From positions 11,624-75,623 of the IMG/VR virus record IMGVR_UViG_3300025438_000010: DNA of 64,000 nucleotides; one strand, written 5' to 3'. Each line of letters opens with the position of its first letter. Position 1 is the stretch's first letter. The DNA is from a virus. Made by a program: the position numbers and the translations under genes. Shown here in pieces: positions 55,635-64,000 of this stretch. The notes below the pieces were generated by a model that made no database searches, had not been told where the DNA came from, and saw only the letters and a program-made list of their open reading frames with translations.

Positions 55635-58600
55635 ATGGCAGTACTCGGCTCAGCTGAAATCATTGTTCGGGCTGTAACTAAAGACTTTAAAAGACAAGTA
55701 GAAGAAGGCTTTAAGAGCGCCGCACCTACTGCAGAAAAAGAAGGCGAAAAAACTTCTAAAGCTTTTGGGCGAGGGTTTTCCCGAGGAGCTGGTGATGGGC
55801 GGAGTGGTATAGATCGGTTTATTCCGAGAGATTTTGCGGATAGAGCCGAACGTGCTCGGATTGCATTTAGAAATCTTAACCGAGTATTCACCCTGGCTTT
55901 TCCCGCCATTGTGGGGGTGGGTGGAGCTATCGGAGCCTTGGGAGGTGGACTAGTAGCCCTTGTAGGCCTTGCAGGCAACGCTGCCAGATCTGTTGGAATT
56001 GTCCTTGTAGCCGCCTTGGGGGCTCTAGGGCAGGCGGGACTTGCAGCGGTAATCGCTCTTAAAGGCGTAAGTGAGGCCATTAACGCGCAAAGCGGTGGAG
56101 GCAACACAGCGGCAGAGGAAGCCGCCCTAAAAAGACTGCGTGACGCTAGGATTGCACTTCGTAACATAATTGAAAAAGAAAAACCAGAAGAGCTGGAACA
56201 AGCGCGTCAAAGGGCGGCAGAAGCCGCCGATTCGGCTGCAGATGCCGTGCTCAATGCGGAGCGAGCTGAAAGAGGCTATTTTCAGGCCCAGAAGGACACA
56301 CTAAACGCTCTGGAGGACCTCAACGACGCCCGAGAAGAGGCCAAAGAACGGCTGCAACAGCTGCGTTTTGAGGTCGAGGGTGGTGCTATCTCTGAAAAGA
56401 GAGCAAGAATTGAATTTGAAAAGGCTCGAGAAAGCCTACAAAGGGTCCAGGACCTCCCCCCCAACTCGAGGGCCCGTCAAGAAGCCGAGCTTGCCTTTGC
56501 TCAAGCCGACTTAAACCTTCGTAAAGCTATTGACCGCAATGCTGACCTTAAAAAGGAAGAGAACGCAGCTACAAGAGCCGGAGTCGAGGGCTCTGATCTT
56601 GTTATTAACGCAAAAGAGCGGCTTTCTAATGCTCAACAGGCCGAAACAGATGCCGCAATCGAGGCCGCTAGAGCCGTTAGGGATGCCTCAAGGGCTCAGG
56701 CGGCTGCTGCTCAGGCGGCTGCCGACGCCCAAGCGGGGGGACGAGTCGAGCAAGAGCTAGACGCCCGCATTGCCCGAGCTCGAGAAGCCCTCGAGGAGGC
56801 CGAAAAAGCCGCAAAGGATGCAGCGGGTGGTGGTATAGATAGGTTCGCTGAGGCACTAGCCAAACTTTCTCCTGCGGCCCAAAGATTTGTTTTAACCGTT
56901 AGAGACAATAAAAAAGAGTTTAACGACTTTAAAAAGACAGTTCAAGAACCGTTTTTCCAAGAATTTAACCGATCTTTGTTCCTTCTTTTAGATCGCTTGC
57001 CCGCTCTAGGGGACCTTTTTGCAAGTACGTCTGGAATTGTTGGCCGACTTGCGTCGGGGTTCGTGGATCTTTTCCTGGGCGCCGAGAACTTTGGCAGGAC
57101 CGGGCGTATTTTTAAAACCAATGATCGTCTTGTTGAAAAATTAGGACAAACCTTCCTCAACCTAGTGGACGGACTTTTGCTCCTTTTAGACGCTGCAGAG
57201 CCCGTAATTGATGCTTTTGGAGAGTGGGCTCTCCTGAGCAGCTCAGGGTGGTTAAAAAACCTGCAGGGTGACTTTGACGGTGTGCGGGAACGTTTAGAGC
57301 AGTCGGCAGAAAAAGCAGCTCGGCTTGGCGGTATATTCGGTGGTATTCGGACAATATTTAAGATTCTCGGTGGGGAGATTAACGAAGCTGGTGGAGCCGC
57401 TGATATACTCCTCGGGTGGCTGGAAAAAATAACCACCGAAGGTATTGCAAACCTCGAGGAACAGGCAGCTAGCGGCGATCTGAAACAATTCTTCATTGAC
57501 GTAACAGAAAACGCTATTGTAGTCCTTGAAATTATTGGAAATATTATTACAGGACTTCTCACTCTGGGTGCGCAGCCGGGGACAAAGCAATTCCTGGCCT
57601 CATTGAACAGCAGCACCGACGGGCTAAAAGGATTTTCGAAAGAATTTGGCGCAGAAAACGGGCCTCTTGCTTCTATTGGTTCATTTATTGAAAGTTTTTT
57701 TGCAAACTTCTCTGCTTTGCTTCAAAATGAGTCTTTTACGGTGTTTATTGACACTCTTGCAGAAGCACTTGACTGGGTAACCGAATTTTTAAATGAAAAT
57801 GAAGATTTTTTGAAGGCTATTGCTCCTATTCTTGCATACGTCCTGGCCCTTGGCGCAATTGGTTCGGTTATTAGAGGCTTATTTAATGTTTTTTCCGGAT
57901 TTGGATTGTTTGTTACTAGAATATTCCAAGGCGCTGGTGGAATTGTTGGAAAATTTGCCACCGGGTTTAAAACAGGGTTTGCCGGACTTACGACGGGGCC
58001 AGCCGTAGGAATGTTGAGACTCCTAGGAATAGTAGGAATTGTCATCACAGCTATTATGCTGATGTGGCAAAATAGCGAAACTTTTAGGACTGCAATTGCC
58101 GGCCTTTTCAGCGCTATCGGAGAAGCTTTTAGCGGGGTAATGTCAGACTTAAAAACTGTTTTTGGAGAGGGCACCAAGGGAGGAGAGGCAATTGCGCAGG
58201 TCTTCGGGTTCCTTGGTGATGTTATAGGCATAGCTTTGAGTGGGGTGGCTAGGGCTATCGGATTTATTATCGGCATTGTCGGCGGAGCTCTTCAGTTTGT
58301 TGGAAGTATTTTTGTTGCTATAGGGAACCTTTTTCAGGGTATTCAAGATGTTTTTATGGGTGTCTGGGCACTAATCACTGGAGACACCGAAAAAGCCGGA
58401 GAATATTTTAATTCAGCTATTGGCAACTTTAGGAAAATTTTCTTGAACTTAGGTATAGGAATTGGAAACTTCTTTATTTCTGTAATTAACGGAATTATTG
58501 ATGGCTGGAATGGGTTTGTCTCTAAAATTAAACTCCCAGATTGGCCTATTTTTGGAAACATGGCCGGAAAAAGTGCTGAGTTCCTAAGAATAAATCGTAT

Positions 58601-58868
58601 ACCTCCTCTGCAGTTGTTGGCGCAGGGTGGCATTGTTAACCCATCAGCGGGTGGAACAATGGCACTTATTGGTGAGGCGGGCCAGGCAGAGCGTGTAGAG
58701 CCGCTAGACTCCAGCGGGCTCTCCAAACGGGACAGAGCAATGATTGCTATGCTTGCGGGTAATGGGCCAGCCATCAATGTCTACCCAGCACCAGGAATGA
58801 ACGAAACCGAGTTGGCCAGAAAAATCTCCAGGGAGATGGCGTCTCAAATGCGTAGAGGGAGTCTTTAA
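55635..58868 (+). CDS. tape measure protein
   Basis: 1077 aa, Ala/Gly-rich helical, LAQGGIV...GEAG..E.VEPL C-terminus. Confidence 0.9.
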   Translation: MAVLGSAEIIVRAVTKDFKRQVEEGFKSAAPTAEKEGEKTSKAFGRGFSRGAGDGRSGIDRFIPRDFADRAERARIAFRNLNRVFTLAFPAIVGVGGAIGALGGGLVALVGLAGNAARSVGIVLVAALGALGQAGLAAVIALKGVSEAINAQSGGGNTAAEEAALKRLRDARIALRNIIEKEKPEELEQARQRAAEAADSAADAVLNAERAERGYFQAQKDTLNALEDLNDAREEAKERLQQLRFEVEGGAISEKRARIEFEKARESLQRVQDLPPNSRARQEAELAFAQADLNLRKAIDRNADLKKEENAATRAGVEGSDLVINAKERLSNAQQAETDAAIEAARAVRDASRAQAAAAQAAADAQAGGRVEQELDARIARAREALEEAEKAAKDAAGGGIDRFAEALAKLSPAAQRFVLTVRDNKKEFNDFKKTVQEPFFQEFNRSLFLLLDRLPALGDLFASTSGIVGRLASGFVDLFLGAENFGRTGRIFKTNDRLVEKLGQTFLNLVDGLLLLLDAAEPVIDAFGEWALLSSSGWLKNLQGDFDGVRERLEQSAEKAARLGGIFGGIRTIFKILGGEINEAGGAADILLGWLEKITTEGIANLEEQAASGDLKQFFIDVTENAIVVLEIIGNIITGLLTLGAQPGTKQFLASLNSSTDGLKGFSKEFGAENGPLASIGSFIESFFANFSALLQNESFTVFIDTLAEALDWVTEFLNENEDFLKAIAPILAYVLALGAIGSVIRGLFNVFSGFGLFVTRIFQGAGGIVGKFATGFKTGFAGLTTGPAVGMLRLLGIVGIVITAIMLMWQNSETFRTAIAGLFSAIGEAFSGVMSDLKTVFGEGTKGGEAIAQVFGFLGDVIGIALSGVARAIGFIIGIVGGALQFVGSIFVAIGNLFQGIQDVFMGVWALITGDTEKAGEYFNSAIGNFRKIFLNLGIGIGNFFISVINGIIDGWNGFVSKIKLPDWPIFGNMAGKSAEFLRINRIPPLQLLAQGGIVNPSAGGTMALIGEAGQAERVEPLDSSGLSKRDRAMIAMLAGNGPAINVYPAPGMNETELARKISREMASQMRRGSL

Positions 58869-61420
58869 TGTCTAATACTTTTACCCAAGCCGAGGAAAAC
58901 TATTACGTTAATACCGGCCTCTCCGAGCTTTTCCCTGATGAGATTAAAAAGCTTAAGCTTGAGGGAAACATTGTTCTGGGAGATTTTATTTTTAACACCA
59001 TCGATGAGGACGGCGTCGTCTGGGTAATTTCAGAGATTAATGGCTGGTGGCAATCGCCTTCGGCAGACGTCCCAGAAATTGACAGAAGCGCTGGAGACGG
59101 TGGCTACGACGTGCCTGGACGGTACATGTCTCGATCTATCGAGATTGAAGGATCTTTTCTTGTAACAGACCCCTCGAAAGTAGAAGCAGCCCGAGACAAG
59201 CTGATTGAAGCATGTAACTTGGTCTATCAAGGGGCGTGGTTAAAAACGGGGTCTAGCCCAATACGTGCGTCTTACGTGTACATGGTAGACCAGATTGAGA
59301 CCCAAGTAGTCAATGCGCGTGGTAGGACAGAGTTTACAATTCCCCTTCGGGCTTCCGACCCCATCAAGTACTTGTGGAACGACGAAGATCCTGATGGCTA
59401 CGAAGTATTTGAAATTCCAGTAAAAAACTCTGCTACAGGGGCAACAGGGGCCAGGACACTAACTAATGTGGGCAATTACTCGGTTCCTTGCTTCTTAGAG
59501 ATTGTGGGTCCATACGCGGCTCCTGGCACGATTTTTAACCAAACTACCGAAGGGCTAGTTATTATCACCCAGCCGCTCCGGGGCATAAGCGCCAGGTCCG
59601 TGGTAAATAAAGAACTGACATTTAACGTAGACACTCTTATCGACACCGCTACGCTAACAACAACAAGCGAACACTCCTTTAGGGTGGGGGACACGGTCCT
59701 CATCAGCAACGTTGGCGCTGAGTTTGACGGCGAGCAGGTCATCACATCTACCCCCACTAGTACAACTTTTACTTACAACACTGTTGCCGCATCGATTGCT
59801 CCCGTAACTTTTAAAACCCTTCAGAGCGATGAGGCTCAGCTAGAAACCACTGTTGCCCATGGTTACTCCGTAGGGGATTCCGTAGTTGTCCGAGGAGTAG
59901 ACGCTACGTTCGACGGCACTTACACAATAACAGCCACTCCAAGCAGCAGACTGATTAAGTACGCACGTAAAAGAACTCCAACAAAAAACATTGTTTCTAC
60001 CTCTTTGGCTTCCAATATTGCAACAATATCTACTAGTGATCCACATGAATTTATTGTGGGCGAAGATGTCACTATTTCTGGCACCGGAATTAACTATGAC
60101 GGAGAGTATGAAATTCTCTCCACACCCACTGAGAATTCTTTTACCTGTGCCATTACCCGCACCAACTCCCGAGCTGTCACCAATAAAGCAATGTCTGGCG
60201 ACACAGTCACCCTAACCACAAGCAGTCCTCATGGGTTTGTTGTAGATGAACCAATCAATGTTACTGACGTAGATCTTTCACTTAACGGAGGATACTTCCT
60301 TAGCGGAGTGACCTCGAATACTTTTAGCTACCGCCGAGCCCGGTCCACACAGAGGGAAGTCACTATCACGGCTCGTGGAGCCAACCAAGCCACCCTCACT
60401 ACCTCTACTCCTCATGGGTTTGCCGAGGGGGAGAAAATTAAAATTGAAGGTGTAGATGAGACGTACAACGGGACCTACACTATCATCAATCTGCCCAGCA
60501 TAACTACTTTTACATTTAGCAGCACCGGGGGGGATCTCGTGTCAACCTCTGTAGTCGATGGTCGAGTTAGGGCTTTTAGTCGCAAAATAGATACCATTGC
60601 TCGAATTGGAAATTTAGTTACCGTCACAACAGACAACATCCACGGTGTGATTTTTGGTGAGCAAGTGACCATTACCGGGTATCCTGCGTTTAACGGTACA
60701 TATACAGTGAGTGATATCCCTTTTCTTAATACCTTTGAATTTGAAAGTGTCGGAGCCAACATAGAGGCTTTTACGCCGCTGATTGTCACACAGCGTAAAC
60801 GCTCCGCGACCACAGCTACTTTGACTACGGAGCTTAACCATGGGCTGACAACCGGAGATAAAATTAGAGTCTTTGGGGTTGGGTTTAATTTTGATGGGCT
60901 GCACACCATTACAGCCACTCCAAGCGTTAAACAAATCAGATTTACGCAAGAAGCTGGTCTAGAGGAAATACCCGAAGAAGACTCGGATGGGTTTGTCGGG
61001 CTTGACTATGGCTATGTAGAGCTGCCCGGGAGCATAACTAGTGCAGTCGTCTCCCCGGCGGGGCTTGTAAGAGCTTCCGGTAGCTTGCCTTTCACATCGA
61101 CCACTGGAGTCTCTACCGTGTCAGATGCGATAACTCGTCGTCAGGCTGCCGGAAACGCTATTAAAGAAAATAATGTTAAATTCACACCCGGCCTGTCAAG
61201 CGCCTCTGCCATCGTAGATGCCGATATCCTAGAAATTGACACAAAAAATAAAGAAGTTGCTTTCAATGGAGAAATTAGCGGTGCGCGGGGGAGGGTAGAC
61301 GTGCTGGCTGATTTTATCCAGCTTGCGCCAGGAGAAAATATTATTGAGTTTGAAGACACAGGAAACCCGGAGGGGACAGCCACCCTTAAAATTTTTTACA
61401 GGTCTGGGTGGTTGTCCTAG
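58868..61420 (+). CDS. distal tail (Dit-like) protein with 7 inserted beta repeats
   Basis: GWWQSPS...SRSIEIEG...LRASDP; C-terminal LAPGENIIEF...YRSGW. Confidence 0.75.
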   Translation: MSNTFTQAEENYYVNTGLSELFPDEIKKLKLEGNIVLGDFIFNTIDEDGVVWVISEINGWWQSPSADVPEIDRSAGDGGYDVPGRYMSRSIEIEGSFLVTDPSKVEAARDKLIEACNLVYQGAWLKTGSSPIRASYVYMVDQIETQVVNARGRTEFTIPLRASDPIKYLWNDEDPDGYEVFEIPVKNSATGATGARTLTNVGNYSVPCFLEIVGPYAAPGTIFNQTTEGLVIITQPLRGISARSVVNKELTFNVDTLIDTATLTTTSEHSFRVGDTVLISNVGAEFDGEQVITSTPTSTTFTYNTVAASIAPVTFKTLQSDEAQLETTVAHGYSVGDSVVVRGVDATFDGTYTITATPSSRLIKYARKRTPTKNIVSTSLASNIATISTSDPHEFIVGEDVTISGTGINYDGEYEILSTPTENSFTCAITRTNSRAVTNKAMSGDTVTLTTSSPHGFVVDEPINVTDVDLSLNGGYFLSGVTSNTFSYRRARSTQREVTITARGANQATLTTSTPHGFAEGEKIKIEGVDETYNGTYTIINLPSITTFTFSSTGGDLVSTSVVDGRVRAFSRKIDTIARIGNLVTVTTDNIHGVIFGEQVTITGYPAFNGTYTVSDIPFLNTFEFESVGANIEAFTPLIVTQRKRSATTATLTTELNHGLTTGDKIRVFGVGFNFDGLHTITATPSVKQIRFTQEAGLEEIPEEDSDGFVGLDYGYVELPGSITSAVVSPAGLVRASGSLPFTSTTGVSTVSDAITRRQAAGNAIKENNVKFTPGLSSASAIVDADILEIDTKNKEVAFNGEISGARGRVDVLADFIQLAPGENIIEFEDTGNPEGTATLKIFYRSGWLS

Positions 61421-63408
61421 TGAGTAACCCTATTTATCGATACTTTCTCACAGACCTCCTGAGTAACGAAGTCATTAGTGAAGTTCCCTTCAACGGAGTG
61501 TCCTTTGAACGGGCCAACCGGAGAGCAGGCAGCTTTAGTGGGACAATCCCATTTATTGAGGCAACCAAAGGACTAGATTTATACGAAGCCACCATGCCCG
61601 GGCGCACAGGGGTATACGTTCTTCGCGACAGTGTCTGCGTGTGGGGGGGAATTATCTGGTCAAGGAGCTACAGCGTTTCTGAAAAAGAGCTCTCTGTGTC
61701 CGGAGGAGAATTTCTTAGCTACTTCTACCATCGAAATATCTGGCAAACAATACAGTATGGGTCTGATTTTGTTGGGGTATCTTCGTATGAAGTTTCTGGA
61801 GGAGTCGGCACTGTCACCACTGAAATTGCGCATGGGTTCCGTGTGGGGGATCAGATTCGAATAACATTCACCAGTCCTTTGGTAGATGGGGTCCAAGAGA
61901 TACTTCAAGTCCCGTCTGCCAACAGCTTTCAATTTTCCACGACATCGGCAAACGGCGCTGGCTTTAGTACCAGTGGGGCATGTCGCAGCCTTGTGGATAC
62001 CTATGATTTTGCACGTAATATTGTGTTCCAAGTTTCAAATGACCTAGGCGGGGTTAATTTTGCTAGTGAAATAATCAAGCCAGCTAGAGAGTTCCAAGAA
62101 TCTGTTATCGCCAAAGAGCGCTCTGCGGGCCGAGTAACTATTAGGACCGCCAACGATCACGAAATTATTCCGGGTCAAGAGATAGAGCTTATTGAGGTGG
62201 ATCCAGAGCTGGACGGTATTCATATTGCAACACAGATACCTGATGCGCAGAGTGTGACTTTTGAACTGCAGGGAGGTGACATCCCCCGCACAACGCTACC
62301 CGGACTGAGAAATTTAAATGTTGTCAGTAAGCAGCTTACGGACAACCTCGCCACTCTTACCGTTGACCGTCCGCACAATGCCCAGCCGGGGGATACAGTT
62401 ATTGTCGAGGGCGTGGATGCCTTCTTCACTGGCCTTATTGATACCACATTTAATGGAAGATTTATTGTCATATCTACACCCACTACCACCAGTTTTACCT
62501 TTAGCAGTGGCGGTATTCTTAATGTTCTGGAGGAGCCCGTTGCAGGAGGTCTAGCGACATTTGGTTCTAAAGTAGTTTATGGGGATTTTGGAAGCTTTAC
62601 GTCTAATGGTGATATTGGAATAAACTTTGAAAACAACGCCAAGAGTGGGTTTTACCAGGACAAGCAAGTGTACCGAGGTTTTGAGCAACGAACTGCTGGT
62701 GAAATTCTTGAGGAGTATTCGAACACCACCGACGGCGGTTTTGAGTACCGCATTGACTGCGACTATGACTTTGACACCGCCAGTTTTTCTAGAACTTTTA
62801 AAGTGTTCCCTATTGACCTGGCAGAGCCTCCCCCACCCGGGGATGTTTACCCTGTCACTGCTTTTGGGGCCGACAAGGTTGTTTTTGAGTACCCAGGCAA
62901 TATCTCTACTTTTGAAATCGAAGAAGATGCCGAAGACGCTGCTACTAGATTTTTTGTGGTCGGGAGTATTGAAGACCTAGGAGATGAGGCAAGTCAGCCA
63001 TACGCGGGTGCTTCTGACCAAGAGCTTTTAGATAATAAATTTGGAAGAAGCTGGCCCCTACTCGATCTTAGCGAAAAATTAGACGAGGTTGCGGACGAAT
63101 TAAGCCTCCATCAGTACGCTCAAGACTATCTCTACGAGTCACGCCCACCGGTAGGAACATACACAGTGACTGTCAATGGATCTCTTGATCCTTTAGTGGG
63201 TTCTTATTTTCCTGGGGACTGGTGTTCTTTGATTGTCGACGACGAGTTTGTCCGTCAGCGCCTAGCAAATGACCAAGAGCCTAGGTCGGATATTCTTATT
63301 AGAAAAATTGATTCCTACTCGGTTGCTGTGCCCGATACTGCAAAGTTCCCCGAAGAGGTCACACTAACGCTAGTGACAGATTGGAAGGTTGATCAACGTG
63401 GCAACTAG
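61420..63408 (+). CDS. baseplate hub/minor tail protein with 3 beta repeats
   Basis: YRYFLTDLL...VWGGIIW...GGFEYRID...FEYPGNI; follows Dit; start taken as GTG 61420. Confidence 0.7.
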   Translation: MSNPIYRYFLTDLLSNEVISEVPFNGVSFERANRRAGSFSGTIPFIEATKGLDLYEATMPGRTGVYVLRDSVCVWGGIIWSRSYSVSEKELSVSGGEFLSYFYHRNIWQTIQYGSDFVGVSSYEVSGGVGTVTTEIAHGFRVGDQIRITFTSPLVDGVQEILQVPSANSFQFSTTSANGAGFSTSGACRSLVDTYDFARNIVFQVSNDLGGVNFASEIIKPAREFQESVIAKERSAGRVTIRTANDHEIIPGQEIELIEVDPELDGIHIATQIPDAQSVTFELQGGDIPRTTLPGLRNLNVVSKQLTDNLATLTVDRPHNAQPGDTVIVEGVDAFFTGLIDTTFNGRFIVISTPTTTSFTFSSGGILNVLEEPVAGGLATFGSKVVYGDFGSFTSNGDIGINFENNAKSGFYQDKQVYRGFEQRTAGEILEEYSNTTDGGFEYRIDCDYDFDTASFSRTFKVFPIDLAEPPPPGDVYPVTAFGADKVVFEYPGNISTFEIEEDAEDAATRFFVVGSIEDLGDEASQPYAGASDQELLDNKFGRSWPLLDLSEKLDEVADELSLHQYAQDYLYESRPPVGTYTVTVNGSLDPLVGSYFPGDWCSLIVDDEFVRQRLANDQEPRSDILIRKIDSYSVAVPDTAKFPEEVTLTLVTDWKVDQRGN

Positions 63409-64000
63409 AAGACGCGCGGCCAGTAAAACTATGACAGGAGCTGTGTCTGACCTGCAGAGACGAGTTAGGTACCTTCAAGCCTCCACCCCACCCTCCCGGC
63501 TAGCTACACAGGTGGTGGCGAGAACAAACGTCCGGCCTCGGGCAATTAACTCAGATCAGATTGAGCTGGCTGCTGTGACAAATGACCAGATCGCAGCAGA
63601 TGCTGTAAAACTGTCAAACATGGGCACCAACTCGGTAGGGGAGGGTCAAATTGTAGATGGCTCTGTCAGCAATGGAAAGCTAGCAGAGGACTCTGTGAGC
63701 GGCGATAAAATTCAAATTGACGCCATTACTACAAGCAAAGTCAACAACTCAGCAATTACTACTGCAAAATTGGCTAACTCTTCTGTTAATGATTCTAAAA
63801 TAACAAGCAATGCTGTTACAGAAGAAAAAATTAGAAACGGAGCGGTAGGAAGAAGTAAGCTACAAAATAATTCAGTAGGAAGAGATCAAATTGATAGCCG
63901 CGCCGTGGGTACAGCTCAAATTGCTGACAATGCCGTGGGCTCGGGGCAAATTGCGGGGAGCGCTGTGGGCTCGGGGCAGCTCGGTAATGGGTCTGTTACC
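63398..64000 (+). CDS. tail fibre-like protein with decapeptide repeats (runs off window end)
   Basis: Own translation MATRRRAASKTMTGAVSDLQRRVRYLQ... then (A/S)(V/I)xxxx(I/L)xxx repeats such as SAITTAKLAN. Confidence 0.7.
   Translation, partial: MATRRRAASKTMTGAVSDLQRRVRYLQASTPPSRLATQVVARTNVRPRAINSDQIELAAVTNDQIAADAVKLSNMGTNSVGEGQIVDGSVSNGKLAEDSVSGDKIQIDAITTSKVNNSAITTAKLANSSVNDSKITSNAVTEEKIRNGAVGRSKLQNNSVGRDQIDSRAVGTAQIADNAVGSGQIAGSAVGSGQLGNGSVT

Noticed and set aside
26595-62980. Numerous minus-strand and off-frame ORFs overlapping structural genes
   Set aside because: Shadow ORFs lacking RBS and motifs, opposite well-supported genes

Overview
A 64-kb segment of a large tailed (sipho-type) phage genome, most likely infecting Actinobacteria (r1t-type holin, GP88-like gene, DUF1360 before the portal, actinophage-style portal, protease and capsid). 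All family calls are from motif recognition by eye, with no database search. 1-5.3 kb: GNAT acetyltransferase, glycosyltransferase, membrane protein, holin, terminase-small-like gene, and a candidate small RNA with an anti-Shine-Dalgarno loop. 5.5-18.3 kb: an array of 28 expression cassettes, each driven by a non-canonical promoter CCGTAAAA-N18-TANNNT with invariant spacing, holding 0-3 small ORFs and usually ending in a tetraloop hairpin; its distal part has a strongly strand-biased CACGG motif. 18.3-23.1 kb: a MoxR/CobS AAA+ ATPase and vWA-metallopeptidase pair plus small genes. 23.1-25.0 kb: a 433-bp direct duplication of a minus-strand gene (one copy behind TTGACA/TATAAT) and a C-rich non-coding tract. 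25-64 kb: virion module with portal, a 4527-aa polyvalent protein (DEDDh exonuclease, SF1 helicase, two ArdC modules, punctuated by a recurring (L/F)NMA(V/I)P motif), a 1600-aa double-protease fusion, major capsid, tail tube, chaperones, tape measure, distal-tail and baseplate proteins, and a truncated fibre gene.
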